In this document: positions 54,527-64,000 of the stretch, one piece after another
How the letters are laid out: each line of letters starts with the position of its first letter
Position numbering within the stretch: position 1 is the first letter of the stretch
Source: Candidatus Latescibacterota bacterium
GTDB lineage: Bacteria > Latescibacterota > UBA2968 > UBA8231
Direction: 5' to 3'
Assembly (NCBI GenBank): GCA_964291625.2
Contig: OZ220090.1
Span: forward strand, 608,001-672,000
Length of the DNA: 64,000 nucleotides
The notes under the pieces: generated by a model
Databases searched by the model: none
Told to the model about the DNA's origin: nothing
Seen by the model: the letters and a program-made list of their open reading frames with translations, nothing else
Position numbers and translations under genes: made by a program

Positions 54527-56224
54527 ATGACCACGACGACAGCTGCACCGACGACCCACGGCAACGGGCACCACGGCGACGGGGAGGAGGAGAACTACCT
54601 CAACGCCCGGTACGGGATCGCCTCCTGGCTGCTGACCCTCGACCACAAGCGCATCGGTATCCTCTATCTCCTGGTGACGACCCTGTTCTTCATCGTCGGA
54701 GGCCTCTTCGCGGCGCTGATCCGCCTCGAGTTGCTGACGCCCCAGGGGGACGTCCTCGAGGCCGACACATACAACAAGATGTTCACCATGCACGGCGTGG
54801 CGATGATCTTCTTCTTTCTCATCCCTTCCGTGCCCGCCGTCCTCGGCAACTTCGTCATCCCCATCATGATCGGCGCCAAGGACGTCGCCTTCCCCAAGCT
54901 CAACCTGCTCAGTTGGTACTGCTACATCGTGGGCGGATCGCTGGCCACCCTGGCCATCATCATGGGCGGCATCGACACGGGCTGGACCTTCTACACGCCC
55001 TACAGCTCGACCTACGCCAGCGGCTACGTGGCCATCGCCCTCACCGGGGTGTTCATCAACGGCTTCTCATCGATCCTGACGGGGGTCAACTTCCTCACCA
55101 CCATACACAAGATGCGCGCCCCGGGCATGACCTGGTTCCGACTGCCCCTGTTCATCTGGGCCCAGTACGCCACGAGCCTGATCATGATCCTGGGCACGCC
55201 GGTCATTGCCATCACCCTGCTGCTGCTGGCGCTGGAACGGGTGCTCCAGATCGGCATCTTCGATCCCAGCCTCGGCGGCGACCCGATCCTCTTCCAGCAC
55301 CTGTTCTGGTTCTACTCGCATCCCGCCGTCTACATCATGATCGTGCCCGGCTTCGGCGTGATCAGCGAGGTCATCGCCTGCTTCTCCCGCAAGCGCGTCT
55401 TCGGATACAGTTTCGTCGCCTTCTCGAGCCTGGCCATCGCCGTCCTGGGCTTCCTGGTCTGGGGCCACCACATGTTCACCACGGGCCAGTCGATCTATGC
55501 GGGCATGGTGTTCTCCTTCATCACCTTCCTCATCGCCGTCCCCACGGCGGTGAAGATCTTCAACTGGACCGCCACCCTCTACCGCGGGTCGGTCTCCCTC
55601 GAGTCCCCCATGCTCTACAGCCTCGGATTCATAGGGCTCTTTCTCGTGGGCGGCCTCACGGGGCTCTTCCTGTCCACCCTGGCCACCGACATCCACCTGC
55701 ACGACACGTACTTCGTCGTCGCCCACTTCCACTACGTCATGGTGGGCGGCATGGTGATGGCCTACCTATCGGGGCTGCACTTCTGGTGGCCGAAGATTAC
55801 GGGCCGCATGTACTCCGAGGCTTGGGGCAAGGCGGGGGCGATCCTGATCTTCCTGGGATTCAACTTCACCTTCTTCCCCCAGTTCGTCCTCGGCTACCTG
55901 GGCATGCCCCGCCGCTACCACGTCTACCCCGAGGAGTTCCAGCTCCTCCACGTCTCGTCGACCATGGGGGCCACGGTCCTCGGGCTGGGCTACATGGCCC
56001 TCTTCATCTGCCTCATCTGGTCTCTCGTGCGGGGAGCCGAGGCGGGCCCGAACCCGTGGCGCGCCAAGGGCCTGGAGTGGGAGATCCCCTCGCCTCCGTC
56101 GCTGCACAACTTCCATTCCACGCCGGTGGTCACCAAGGAGGCCTACGCCTACGAGGAGGAGGACGTGACCCTGGCCGATGCCAGCCACGCGCCCGAGAGC
56201 GAGCCGGTGGCGGGATCCAGGTGA
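54527..56224 (+). CDS. coxA: Cytochrome c oxidase subunit I, type A2
   Basis: [22 protein letters not shown] (A2 YS motif), [23 protein letters not shown]. Confidence 0.97.
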   Translation: MTTTTAAPTTHGNGHHGDGEEENYLNARYGIASWLLTLDHKRIGILYLLVTTLFFIVGGLFAALIRLELLTPQGDVLEADTYNKMFTMHGVAMIFFFLIPSVPAVLGNFVIPIMIGAKDVAFPKLNLLSWYCYIVGGSLATLAIIMGGIDTGWTFYTPYSSTYASGYVAIALTGVFINGFSSILTGVNFLTTIHKMRAPGMTWFRLPLFIWAQYATSLIMILGTPVIAITLLLLALERVLQIGIFDPSLGGDPILFQHLFWFYSHPAVYIMIVPGFGVISEVIACFSRKRVFGYSFVAFSSLAIAVLGFLVWGHHMFTTGQSIYAGMVFSFITFLIAVPTAVKIFNWTATLYRGSVSLESPMLYSLGFIGLFLVGGLTGLFLSTLATDIHLHDTYFVVAHFHYVMVGGMVMAYLSGLHFWWPKITGRMYSEAWGKAGAILIFLGFNFTFFPQFVLGYLGMPRRYHVYPEEFQLLHVSSTMGATVLGLGYMALFICLIWSLVRGAEAGPNPWRAKGLEWEIPSPPSLHNFHSTPVVTKEAYAYEEEDVTLADASHAPESEPVAGSR

Positions 56225-56231
56225 CCAGAGG

Positions 56232-56927
56232 ATGAACACGACCGCGCAGAACCCGGCTCTCCAGCACCAGTTCGACGACCTGAACCAGCAGTACGAGGCC
56301 GCGAACATGGGCATGTGGGCATTCCTCGCCCAGGAGATCATGTTCTTCGGGGGGATGTTCGCCGGGTACGCCGTCTACCGCTACGAGTACCTGGCGGCCT
56401 TCGTCGACGGCAGCAACCGCCTGCCCATCGAGTGGGGCGCCTTCAACACGGCGGTCCTCATCGCCAGTTCCTTCACGGTGGCCATGGCCGTGCGCGCTGC
56501 CCAGACGGGGCGCAGCCGAAGCCTGCAGAACTGGATCCTGGCAACCCTTGTCCTCGGCTCGATCTTCCTGGGAGTCAAGTACATCGAGTACTCCCACAAG
56601 TACCACGACGGACTGATCCCGGGCGCCAACTTCGGAATCTACCCGGATTCGGGTGAAGTCCACGAGCTGGGGGCCCTGAAACCCCAGCTGAAGATCTTCT
56701 TCTCCTTCTACTTCGCCATGACCGGCATGCACGCCCTGCACATGGTGATCGGCATCGGCATCATGCTGTGGCTGTTACCCAAGGTCCGGCGCGGCACCTA
56801 CTCGAGCGAGTACTTCAGTCCCATCGAGAACTTCGGTCTCTACTGGCACTTCGTGGACATCGTCTGGATCTTCCTCTTCCCCCTGCTCTACCTCATCGGA
56901 CGCGATCCCTGGATTCGCCTGCTATGA
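56232..56927 (+). CDS. coxC: Cytochrome c oxidase subunit III
   Basis: [32 protein letters not shown]. Confidence 0.94.
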   Translation: MNTTAQNPALQHQFDDLNQQYEAANMGMWAFLAQEIMFFGGMFAGYAVYRYEYLAAFVDGSNRLPIEWGAFNTAVLIASSFTVAMAVRAAQTGRSRSLQNWILATLVLGSIFLGVKYIEYSHKYHDGLIPGANFGIYPDSGEVHELGALKPQLKIFFSFYFAMTGMHALHMVIGIGIMLWLLPKVRRGTYSSEYFSPIENFGLYWHFVDIVWIFLFPLLYLIGRDPWIRLL

Positions 56928-57277
56928 GCGACCTCCAAGCCGGCCACCATCCTCCCGGAGGCGAGCACCACGTCCTGCCCGTCAGGACGTACGTGACCAT
57001 CGTCTCCCTCCTCTTCGTCTTCACCGTCATCACGGTGCTGGCGGCCTTCGTGGAGCTGGGCCCCCTGAATACCCCGGTGGCGCTGGCCATCGCCGTCTTC
57101 AAGGCCACTCTCGTGGTGTTGTTCTTCATGCATGTGCGCTACAACACGCCCCTCATGTGGGTCTTCGCCGCCGCCGGGTTCTTCTGGATGGTCATCATGT
57201 TCGCCCTCACCATGCAGGACTACGTCTCCCGCGATTGGGAAACGCCGCCGCCGGTGCACTTCCTCGATCTCCTGTAG
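56924..57277 (+). CDS. coxD: Cytochrome c oxidase subunit IV
   Basis: Three TM helices, AIA..KA.LV..FFMH; ATG overlaps the coxC stop. Confidence 0.9.
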   Translation: MSDLQAGHHPPGGEHHVLPVRTYVTIVSLLFVFTVITVLAAFVELGPLNTPVALAIAVFKATLVVLFFMHVRYNTPLMWVFAAAGFFWMVIMFALTMQDYVSRDWETPPPVHFLDLL

Positions 57278-57295
57278 CAGAGGCTCGACGGCAAT

Positions 57296-57333
57296 AAGAA
57301 CGCCCTGCCCGGTCGACCGGACAGGGCGTTTTT
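57296..57333. terminator. Bidirectional terminator between the cox operon and the groES-like gene
   Basis: AAGAACGCCCTG-CCCGGTCGACCGGA-CAGGGCGTTTTT. Confidence 0.8.
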
Positions 57334-57355
57334 CGTGCGTGGAGCGACTGCGGGC

Positions 57356-57757
57356 TCAGCTCTCCTCCCCTGACGGCTCGAGATCGAAGACCCCCGTCGA
57401 CCGGATCAGCACGAGGATCGCCGTGTGGGGGACGACGACGAATTTCTCGTTGTCGAACTTGATCTCCACCGCCTCCTTGCGCGCGTAGATGGCGTGATCC
57501 CCTTTCTGCGCCTGCAGGGGGATGAAGCGCATCTCCGCCTCCGAACCCGACTCCGCCCAAGGCACGTCGTCCTCGTCGCCCTTGGGCGGCAGGGGGATTC
57601 CGGGCCCCACCTCCTCGATGCGACCACTCTGCACGTTCTCCTTCTCCAGCGCCGTCGGGGGCAGGTAGAGCCCCACCTCGGTGCGCTGCTCCTGCTCATC
57701 GACGCGTACCAGCACGCGGTCGCCCACGACGAGCAACTCCTTGTCACCTCGCAGCAT
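57356..57757 (-). CDS. GroES/Cpn10-family co-chaperonin (extended form, no adjacent groEL)
   Basis: GDRVLV, RT..GLYLP, G.I..VGPG, GD..IY; inserted [13 protein letters not shown] loop. Confidence 0.85.
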   Translation of the reverse strand: MLRGDKELLVVGDRVLVRVDEQEQRTEVGLYLPPTALEKENVQSGRIEEVGPGIPLPPKGDEDDVPWAESGSEAEMRFIPLQAQKGDHAIYARKEAVEIKFDNEKFVVVPHTAILVLIRSTGVFDLEPSGEES

Positions 57758-57813
57758 GGCTCAGGCTGTCCTCGTTTGCGTCTCTCGTGGGCCGCCTCGG
57801 GGCGGTCAACGGA

Positions 57814-57842
57814 ATATTACGGGTACGGGGGAAGCCCCTCAA
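57814..57842 (-). promoter_or_regulatory. Promoter for the groES-like gene
   Basis: TTGAGG-17 bp-TAATAT. Confidence 0.5.
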
Positions 57843-58582
57843 TGCCCGGAGCCGCCATCCGCCGCCGCCGCGGCGCCGATGATCCCCGCCTCGTTGCGTA
57901 GCCGGGCGGGTACGATCTCGCAGTCGACGGTCAGGTGGGGCAGGAACTTCTCGTGCCTCTTGCTCACGCCGCCGCCGATGATGATCAGTTCCGGCCACAG
58001 GTAGAAGGCCACCCTCTGCAGATAGGCGTCGACGCGGGAGGCCCACCGTTGCCAGCTCAGTTTTCGGCGGGTGCGAACCCTCGCCGAGGTTCGCTTTTCG
58101 GCGGCCTTGCCGTCCATCTCGATGTGGCCGAACTCGGTGTTGGGGACCAGCCGGCCGTCGGTGAAGAGGGCCGAGCCGATCCCGGTGCCGATGGTGAGAA
58201 CCAGGACGACGCCCGAGCGCCCCCGCCCCGCCCCGAAGCGCATCTCCGCCATGCCCGCCGCGTCGGCATCGTTGAGGACCGAGAAGGGGCATCCCGTGGC
58301 CGCCCCGAAGATGGCCTCCGCGTTCCTGCCGATCCACGAGTCGTCGATATTCGCCGCCGTGCACACCTGTCCCTGGCGGACGACGGCGGGGAACCCCGCC
58401 CCCACCGGGCCCTTCCAGTCGAAGTGCTCCACGATCCGGACCACGCCCTCCGCCACGGTCTCGGGCGTGGCGGGCCGGGGGGTCCTCACCCGGAAACGCT
58501 CGCCGAGGAGCTCTCCCCCCGACCCGTCGACCAGGGCGCCCTTGATGCCGGTGCCTCCGATGTCGATACCGAGTACGGCCAC
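57839..58582 (-). CDS. ppgK: Polyphosphate glucokinase (ROK family)
   Basis: [60 protein letters not shown]. Confidence 0.9.
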   Translation of the reverse strand: MAVLGIDIGGTGIKGALVDGSGGELLGERFRVRTPRPATPETVAEGVVRIVEHFDWKGPVGAGFPAVVRQGQVCTAANIDDSWIGRNAEAIFGAATGCPFSVLNDADAAGMAEMRFGAGRGRSGVVLVLTIGTGIGSALFTDGRLVPNTEFGHIEMDGKAAEKRTSARVRTRRKLSWQRWASRVDAYLQRVAFYLWPELIIIGGGVSKRHEKFLPHLTVDCEIVPARLRNEAGIIGAAAAADGGSGH

Positions 58583-58592
58583 GGCGCAAAGA

Positions 58593-59687
58593 CTACATCG
58601 GCATGTAGTCGAGATCGAGGACCCGCTCCACGAGCCAGCCGATGCCGAAGAGGAGGATAACCGCGGAGAGGCCCCGCACGATGCGGACGTGGCCAGGACG
58701 GCGGGCGGACCACAGGATGAGGGGAAGAAGGAGGGCCACGATCGCCACCTGTCCCACCTCGACGCCGACGTTGAAAGCCAGCAGGGAGGTCACCAGCCCC
58801 CGGGAGGGCAGACCGAGGTCGCGCAGCACGTTGGCGAAGCCGAAGCCGTGTACGAAGCCGAAGAAGAAGGTCAGAATCCAGCGGTGGTCGGGGCGGCGGA
58901 GCCAGAAATTCTCGGCCGCCACGTAGGCGATGCTCAGGGCGATCCCCGACTCGACGAGGCGCGAGGGCAGACTCACCCACTCCAGGGCCGCCAGGATCAA
59001 GGTGACGCTGTGGGCCACGGTGAAGGCGGTGACGATCTTCACGAGGGTCCCGAGCCGCGACCCCACCACGATCAGGGCAAGGAGGAACAGTACGTGGTCG
59101 TAGCCGAGGAAGATGTGCTCCACGCCGAGGACGAGGAAGCGCGCCGCCTGCGCCCAGAGGCTCTCGCGCTCCCAGGCGGACAGGCCGATCCGGTGGACCG
59201 GCTCACCCGCGGAGAGGACGGCGGCCTCCACCGGCTGGCCGGGGACCTGGATGCGGAGCAGGATGCGATGGTCCTCGGAGAGAGGGGCAAGGTAGCGGGA
59301 GAGGTCGAGTTCCAAACGGTCGGCCCTCGCGGGGGTCTCCGCCCGGGCCCTGAACCGTGCGACGAGATCGCCCTCGCTGTCGAGATCGGGCTCCACCGTC
59401 GCCTGGCGAAGCTCCAGGCCCGCGCCGGCGGCCCTCAGGGAGATCCTCTTCCGGAGGGTATCGGCGGCCTCGGAGGCGCCATCGAGCATCTCCTGCGCCC
59501 ATAGGGTCTGATCGCCGTTGCGGTCCAGGCTGGGTACCAGGCTGCGCAGGTCGAGGTCGTTGAGGGTGACGGAGAGCCGAAGGCTGTCGTCGCCGACGCT
59601 CACCAGCGTATAGCTCCGGTTGATCTCGTGAGCGCCGGCAACGCCGGCACCGAGACAAAGGGCGAGTATCACTCCACAGCGCAGCAT
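58593..59687 (-). CDS. HupE/UreJ family membrane protein with N-terminal periplasmic domain
   Basis: Signal peptide ending [42 protein letters not shown]. Confidence 0.88.
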   Translation of the reverse strand: MLRCGVILALCLGAGVAGAHEINRSYTLVSVGDDSLRLSVTLNDLDLRSLVPSLDRNGDQTLWAQEMLDGASEAADTLRKRISLRAAGAGLELRQATVEPDLDSEGDLVARFRARAETPARADRLELDLSRYLAPLSEDHRILLRIQVPGQPVEAAVLSAGEPVHRIGLSAWERESLWAQAARFLVLGVEHIFLGYDHVLFLLALIVVGSRLGTLVKIVTAFTVAHSVTLILAALEWVSLPSRLVESGIALSIAYVAAENFWLRRPDHRWILTFFFGFVHGFGFANVLRDLGLPSRGLVTSLLAFNVGVEVGQVAIVALLLPLILWSARRPGHVRIVRGLSAVILLFGIGWLVERVLDLDYMPM

Positions 59688-59698
59688 CTATCTCCCTC

Positions 59699-60292
59699 TC
59701 ACAGGAGCCGGCGGATCACGCCGGCCATCTTCTCGACGCCGTCCTGGTCCGAGAACAGAAAACGCACCACCCCCTCGCCATCGATCAGATAGGTACGGGA
59801 GGTGTGGCCCATCTCGCCGTCGGCGTCCGGTCCGAAGCCGGCGCCGTACTGACGGGCCACCGCCGCCACCGTCTCCGGGGTCCCGGTCAGACCGGTGAGG
59901 CGGTACGGGTAGCCGGCGCAGTACTCGGCCAGGGCCTCGGGTGTATCGTGCTCGGGGTCGACGCTCACGAGGAGCACCTCCACCGCCGGCGCCGGCAGAC
60001 GCCGGACCACCTCGCCCAGCTTGGACAGAGTCGTCGGGCAGGTGGCGGCGCAGCGGGTGAAACCGAAGAACAGCAGCAGCGGCCGTCCGCGCCGGTGCGA
60101 GAGGGTGAAGGCCTCCCCCCTCTGATCGACGAGCTCGAAATCGCCCCCCAGCTCGTAGCGGTCCAGGGACGCCGGCTCACCTCCCGGGGGCACCTCTCCG
60201 GAGCCTCCGCATCCCGCGGCGGCCAGGAGGGCCGCGGCCCAGGCCGCACACCGAGGGCGGCGCCGCCCCGCCAGCCAGGAGGACCGGCTCAC
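59699..60292 (-). CDS. Second SCO1/SenC family lipoprotein
   Basis: Lipobox AAGC, GGDF.LVDQ, FFGFT.CAATCP, SVDP..DTP, GHTS. GTG start overlaps the cytochrome stop. Confidence 0.88.
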   Translation of the reverse strand: MSRSSWLAGRRRPRCAAWAAALLAAAGCGGSGEVPPGGEPASLDRYELGGDFELVDQRGEAFTLSHRRGRPLLLFFGFTRCAATCPTTLSKLGEVVRRLPAPAVEVLLVSVDPEHDTPEALAEYCAGYPYRLTGLTGTPETVAAVARQYGAGFGPDADGEMGHTSRTYLIDGEGVVRFLFSDQDGVEKMAGVIRRLL

Positions 60293-60705
60293 TCCGCCGG
60301 CTCCAGGAGGGAGTGGATGTAGAGGGCCAGGCTTCGGCGGTCCTCCCGGGACAAGTGGCCGTAGGCCGGCATGTTCCGCCCGACCCCCTCCTGTATGGAC
60401 GCTTCGATCCGCTCCACCTCGTGCCCCTGACGGTAGAGACGGGAATCGTGCAGATCCCTGGGCGGCGGCTCCTGGCTCGCCGCCAGACGGCCGTCGCCCC
60501 GGCCTTCCGGTCCGTGGCACAGGGCGCATCCGTGGCGCTCGTACAGCTGCCGCCCCCGGCGCACCTCCTCGCTCCCGGCGGCCTCGCGAGAGGGGCGGTT
60601 GCCCGCCTCCTCCGACCCCTTCCCCTCACAGCCCAGGGCCAGTCCCGACCACACCAGGACGGCCGCCAGCCAGGAGCCGGGGGGAGCCTCAGATGCGCGT
60701 GCCAT
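60289..60705 (-). CDS. Monoheme cytochrome c lipoprotein
   Basis: Lipobox LALGC, G..LY...CALCHG..G.GDG, MPAY axial Met. Start uncertain. Confidence 0.82.
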   Translation of the reverse strand: MARASEAPPGSWLAAVLVWSGLALGCEGKGSEEAGNRPSREAAGSEEVRRGRQLYERHGCALCHGPEGRGDGRLAASQEPPPRDLHDSRLYRQGHEVERIEASIQEGVGRNMPAYGHLSREDRRSLALYIHSLLEPAE

Positions 60706-61954
60706 TGGGGATGACGGCGTCCTTGGGCACCACCACGATGCCTTCACGGATGACGTGCCCGTCGCCATCCGCTTCCTGGATGCGCGCGTCGTTGCTGATG
60801 ATGACGCCCTCGCCGATGCGCGCGTTCTTGTCGACGATGGCGTGGTGGATGACGCTGCCGGAGCCGATGCCGACATCGGGCAACCCCCGGGCGCGATTGC
60901 GCTCGCAGTCCTCGCGGGTCTCGTAGTAGTCGGCTCCCATGACCACCGACTGGAAGATGCGGGCACCGGCCCCGACCTGGCTGCGCACGCCGATGACGGA
61001 CTGCTCGACCTCGGCTTCGCGGAGGGCGCAGCCCTCCCCGACGATGACGCGGTCCATGCGGCAGTCGTCGATGCGGGAGCCGGCCAGGAACCGCTGGTGG
61101 GTGAAGATCGGCGCGTCGGGCCGGTGGAACTGGAAGACGGGCTCATGGTCGGTGAGGCGGATGTTGGCCCGGTAGAAGGCGGAGATCGTCCCGATGTCCT
61201 CCCAGTACCCGTCGAAGGCATGGGCGAAGACGTTGAGCTTCTCGATCGCCGCCGGGATCAGGTGGCGGCCGAAGTCGTCCTCCTCGACGCCGAGGAGCAG
61301 ACTGGTCAGCACCTGGGGCTCGAAGAGGTAGATCCCCATGGAGGCGAGGAAGCGCGCTTCCGGGTCGGCGCCGGGAGCCTCCGGCAGCTCCAGCTCGTCG
61401 AGCTCGGCCTCCGTCTGCGGCTTCTCGCGGAAAGCGACGATGCGGGAGCGCTCGTCCACCTGCAGGATCCCCAGGGAGGAGGCCTCCTCGCGGCGCACCG
61501 GCTTCACGGCGATCGACACATCCGCCGCGCGCCGGCGGTGGTCGTCGACGAAGGCGCGGTAGTCCATGCGGTAGAGGTGGTCGCCGGAGAGGATCAGTAC
61601 CTCGTGGCCATGACGGGCCTGGATGCGCCGCAGTTGCTTGCGGACGGCGTCGGCCGTGCCCTGGTACCAGTCCGTCTCCTCCATGGTCTGCTCCGCCGCG
61701 AGGATCTCGACGAAGCCGCCGAAGAAACTGTCGAAGCGGTAGGTGGCGCTCACGTGGCGGTTGAGGGAAGCGGAGTTGAACTGGGTGAGGACGAAGATCT
61801 TGTCGATGCCGGAGTGGATGCAGTTGCTGATGGGGATGTCGATGAGCCGGTACTTGCCGCCGATGGGCACGGCGGGCTTGGAGCGGTAGCGGGTGAGCGG
61901 GTAGAGGCGCGCGCCCCGTCCCCCGCCCAGGATCACGCCGATGACGTTGCGCAT
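60689..61954 (-). CDS. glgC: Glucose-1-phosphate adenylyltransferase
   Basis: ILGGG.G.RL.PLT..RSKPAVP.GGKYRLID, WYQGTADAV, LSGDHLYRMDY, EKP, YWEDIG. Confidence 0.96.
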   Translation of the reverse strand: MRNVIGVILGGGRGARLYPLTRYRSKPAVPIGGKYRLIDIPISNCIHSGIDKIFVLTQFNSASLNRHVSATYRFDSFFGGFVEILAAEQTMEETDWYQGTADAVRKQLRRIQARHGHEVLILSGDHLYRMDYRAFVDDHRRRAADVSIAVKPVRREEASSLGILQVDERSRIVAFREKPQTEAELDELELPEAPGADPEARFLASMGIYLFEPQVLTSLLLGVEEDDFGRHLIPAAIEKLNVFAHAFDGYWEDIGTISAFYRANIRLTDHEPVFQFHRPDAPIFTHQRFLAGSRIDDCRMDRVIVGEGCALREAEVEQSVIGVRSQVGAGARIFQSVVMGADYYETREDCERNRARGLPDVGIGSGSVIHHAIVDKNARIGEGVIISNDARIQEADGDGHVIREGIVVVPKDAVIPNGTRI

Positions 61955-62167
61955 ACCGGTCCTGCTCCCGCTGCGATATCCCCGGGGCGGGCGACCTGCC
62001 TGGCGCCCTGAAGAGAATCAGCGCGCCAGGCATCCACCGCTGGTGCGCCCTGTGAATGGAGAACGACTAAGCTGTTCCAGCCCGCGGGTTTCCGCAAGTT
62101 GCGGGCAGCCCTCCGGCCCGGCGCGCGCTACCCGGCGGGGACCGGCAGCGCGGTAGGGCGGCCGAGG

Positions 62168-63221
62168 CTAGGCGGCCCAGCGCAGGAGCAGCCCCGCCAC
62201 GCCGAAGTAGATGACCAGGGAGAGGATGTCGTTGAGGGTGGTGATCAGGGGGCCGGAGGCGACGGCGGGATCGATGCCCGTGGCCCGGAAGGAGAGGGGG
62301 ATGACAGCGCCGATCCCCGCCGACAGCAGGACCGCAACGAACATGGCGAAACCGGCGCAGGGAGCCACCGGTGAGCCATCGGTCCACAGGTGCGCCACCA
62401 TGAAGACGATGCTCCCCAGCAGCAGGCCGATGCCCGCGCCGGCGGCGAGCTCCCGCCACAAGGCAGGGCCCACCCGGCCCCGGGGCAGGGTCCCCGTGGC
62501 CAGGGCCCGGACGGTGGCCGTCGATGTCTGGATCCCTGAGTTCCCGCCCATGGCCATGATGGCCGGCACGAACAGCACCAGCGGGCTCAAGGACGCCAGC
62601 ACCCCGAGAACAGGTCGAGAACGGCGCCTGTCAGCAGGGTTCCGGCCAGGCAGAGCAGCAGCCACGGCAGGCGCCGCCGAACGACGCCGAGAACCGAGGG
62701 ATCCTCCATCTCCCGGGAACTGGTGGCCGCCATCTTGAGGTTGTCCTCGGTGGCCTCCTCGTGGATGACGTCGACGATGTCGTCCACCGTCACCTGTCCG
62801 ACCAGCTCGTCGTGCTCGTCCACCACGGGCAGGGCCAGCAGGTCGTAGTCGGCCAAGATGGCGGCGATTTCCTCCTGGTCCATGTCAGCCCGCACCGTCA
62901 TCGGTTCCCGGTCGGCCAGTTGTTCCATCGTCGCCTCGCGGTTGGCCAGCAGCATGCGGCGCAGGGAGACGGTGCCCACGAGGCGGTGTTCCTCGTCGAC
63001 GACGAAGACGGTGAGGATCTCCTCTTCCTCCGCCCAGGCGCGCAGGAGATCGACGGCCCGTATACGGTGACCTCCCGGGGCACAGCTACCAGCCGGGAGG
63101 TCATGATGCCGCCCCCCGTGTCCTCCGGGTGCTCCATCAGGTCCTGAAGCTCGGCAGCGTCCTCGGGGGGCAGGAGGGCCAGGACTTCCTCGCTTCGGTC
63201 CTCGGGCAGAGTACCGGCCAT
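62168..63221 (-). pseudogene. mgtE: Magnesium transporter MgtE, 5'-truncated with two frameshifts
   Basis: PEDTGGGIM (frame a), CBS pair and RRLPWL (frame b), MGGNSGIQT and DPAVASGPLITTLND (frame c). Shifts at about 63061 and 62602; in-frame TAG a few codons upstream of 63221. Confidence 0.85.
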
Positions 63222-63249
63222 TGCCGCTGCCAGGCCCCGCTTCTACACT
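63221..63249 (+). promoter_or_regulatory. Promoter for the SDR gene
   Basis: TTGCCG-17 bp-TACACT. Confidence 0.5.
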
Positions 63250-63303
63250 GTGGCGCACCGGAACCGGGGCCGTGATGGAGCGTCCTCGACGGAGATCGGA
63301 AGC

Positions 63304-64000
63304 ATGGCGGCAGGGAGGCTGGAAGGCCGGACGACGCTGGTCACCGGCGGCGCCCGCGGGATCGGACGGGCGATCTGCGAGCGCTTCGCCGCCGAGGGGG
63401 CGCGGGTGGCCGTGGCCGACATCGACGAGGCCGGGGTCCGACGAGCCGCCGAGGAGGTTGGCGCCGGTTCCATGGCCCTGGCCGCGGACGTGGCCGACCC
63501 GGTGTCCTGTCACCGCGCCGTGCGGCAGGCGATCGAGGCCCTCGGCACCCTCGACGTGCTGGTGAACAACGCCGGGTACCTGCGCCACACCACCGCCTTC
63601 GACTGCACCGAGGACGACTGGGACCGGATGATGGACATCAACCTGAAGGGCTCCTTCTTCTGTTCCCAGGCAGCCCTGCCCCACATGCGCGACCGCCGAC
63701 AGGGGGCCATCCTCAACCTCTCCTCCCTGGCCGCCAAGACCGGAGGGGTAGCCGCGGCGCCTCCCTACGGGGCCGCCAAGGCCGGGGTCAGCGCCCTCAC
63801 CTTGCACCTGGCCAGGGTGATGGCCCCGTACGGGGTCCGGGTGAACGCACTGGCTCCCGGCATCATCGACACCGACATGACGCGAAACCCCTCCGGCGGG
63901 CACGCCGAGCTGGCCAGGCGGATCCCCCTCGGCTCCAAGGGCCGCGCCGAGGACGTGGCCAATCTGGCCCTCTTCCTGGCCTCCGACGAGGCCAGTCACA
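63304..64000 (+). CDS. Short-chain dehydrogenase/reductase (FabG-like); 3' end runs off the window
   Basis: Manual translation: MAAGRLEGRTTLVTGGARGIG...VNNAG...NLSS...YGAAK...RVNALAPG.IDT. Confidence 0.9.
   Translation, partial: MAAGRLEGRTTLVTGGARGIGRAICERFAAEGARVAVADIDEAGVRRAAEEVGAGSMALAADVADPVSCHRAVRQAIEALGTLDVLVNNAGYLRHTTAFDCTEDDWDRMMDINLKGSFFCSQAALPHMRDRRQGAILNLSSLAAKTGGVAAAPPYGAAKAGVSALTLHLARVMAPYGVRVNALAPGIIDTDMTRNPSGGHAELARRIPLGSKGRAEDVANLALFLASDEASH

Noticed and set aside
62587-63999. 470-aa minus-strand ORF as full-length MgtE
   Set aside because: Its first two thirds are antisense to the SDR gene or off-frame; only the last part (about 63060-62600) is MgtE.

Overview
High-GC (roughly 70% by eye), gene-dense core chromosome segment of a bacterium. 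Gene content (alternative complex III + caa3 oxidase, short RpoD-type sigma, orphan GroES-like protein, satellite microcompartment shell gene) suggests the FCB group, e.g. Latescibacterota- or Gemmatimonadota-like; this is inference only. About 65 CDS, two tRNAs (Leu-CAG, Arg-CCT) and many clear TTGAC-type sigma-70 promoters. No CRISPR, prophage, transposase or rRNA was seen. Main blocks: flippase-like/BMC-H/ychF/NFACT/valS; a murQ-AKR-PLP aldolase-sulfatase-like operon; an M16 peptidase pair-THUMP-SPOR-cytidylyltransferase operon; pfkB-hflKC-coaE-gcvTP-gmd; clpP/epmA/clpX; rnr-holA-trxA-cNMP-AI-2E-Csp; smpB-DnaC-like-rph-sigma-hisN; cysS-DUF815; actABCDEFG-sco-coxBACD; glgC-cytc-SCO-HupE-ppgK-groES; a broken mgtE. 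Most unusual items: a Zn-finger DnaC/IstB-like ATPase translationally coupled between smpB and rph with no mobile element nearby; an AI-2E transporter with an Ig-like insertion behind a stand-alone cNMP-binding protein; a tripartite cold-shock protein upstream of clpX; a lone BMC hexamer gene; two small proteins missed by the ORF track; a probably leaderless clpP; and an 11-bp palindrome shared by two intergenic regions. Four frameshifts occur (three in G homopolymers), so some are likely assembly errors. All product calls come from motif recognition by eye; no database searches were run.
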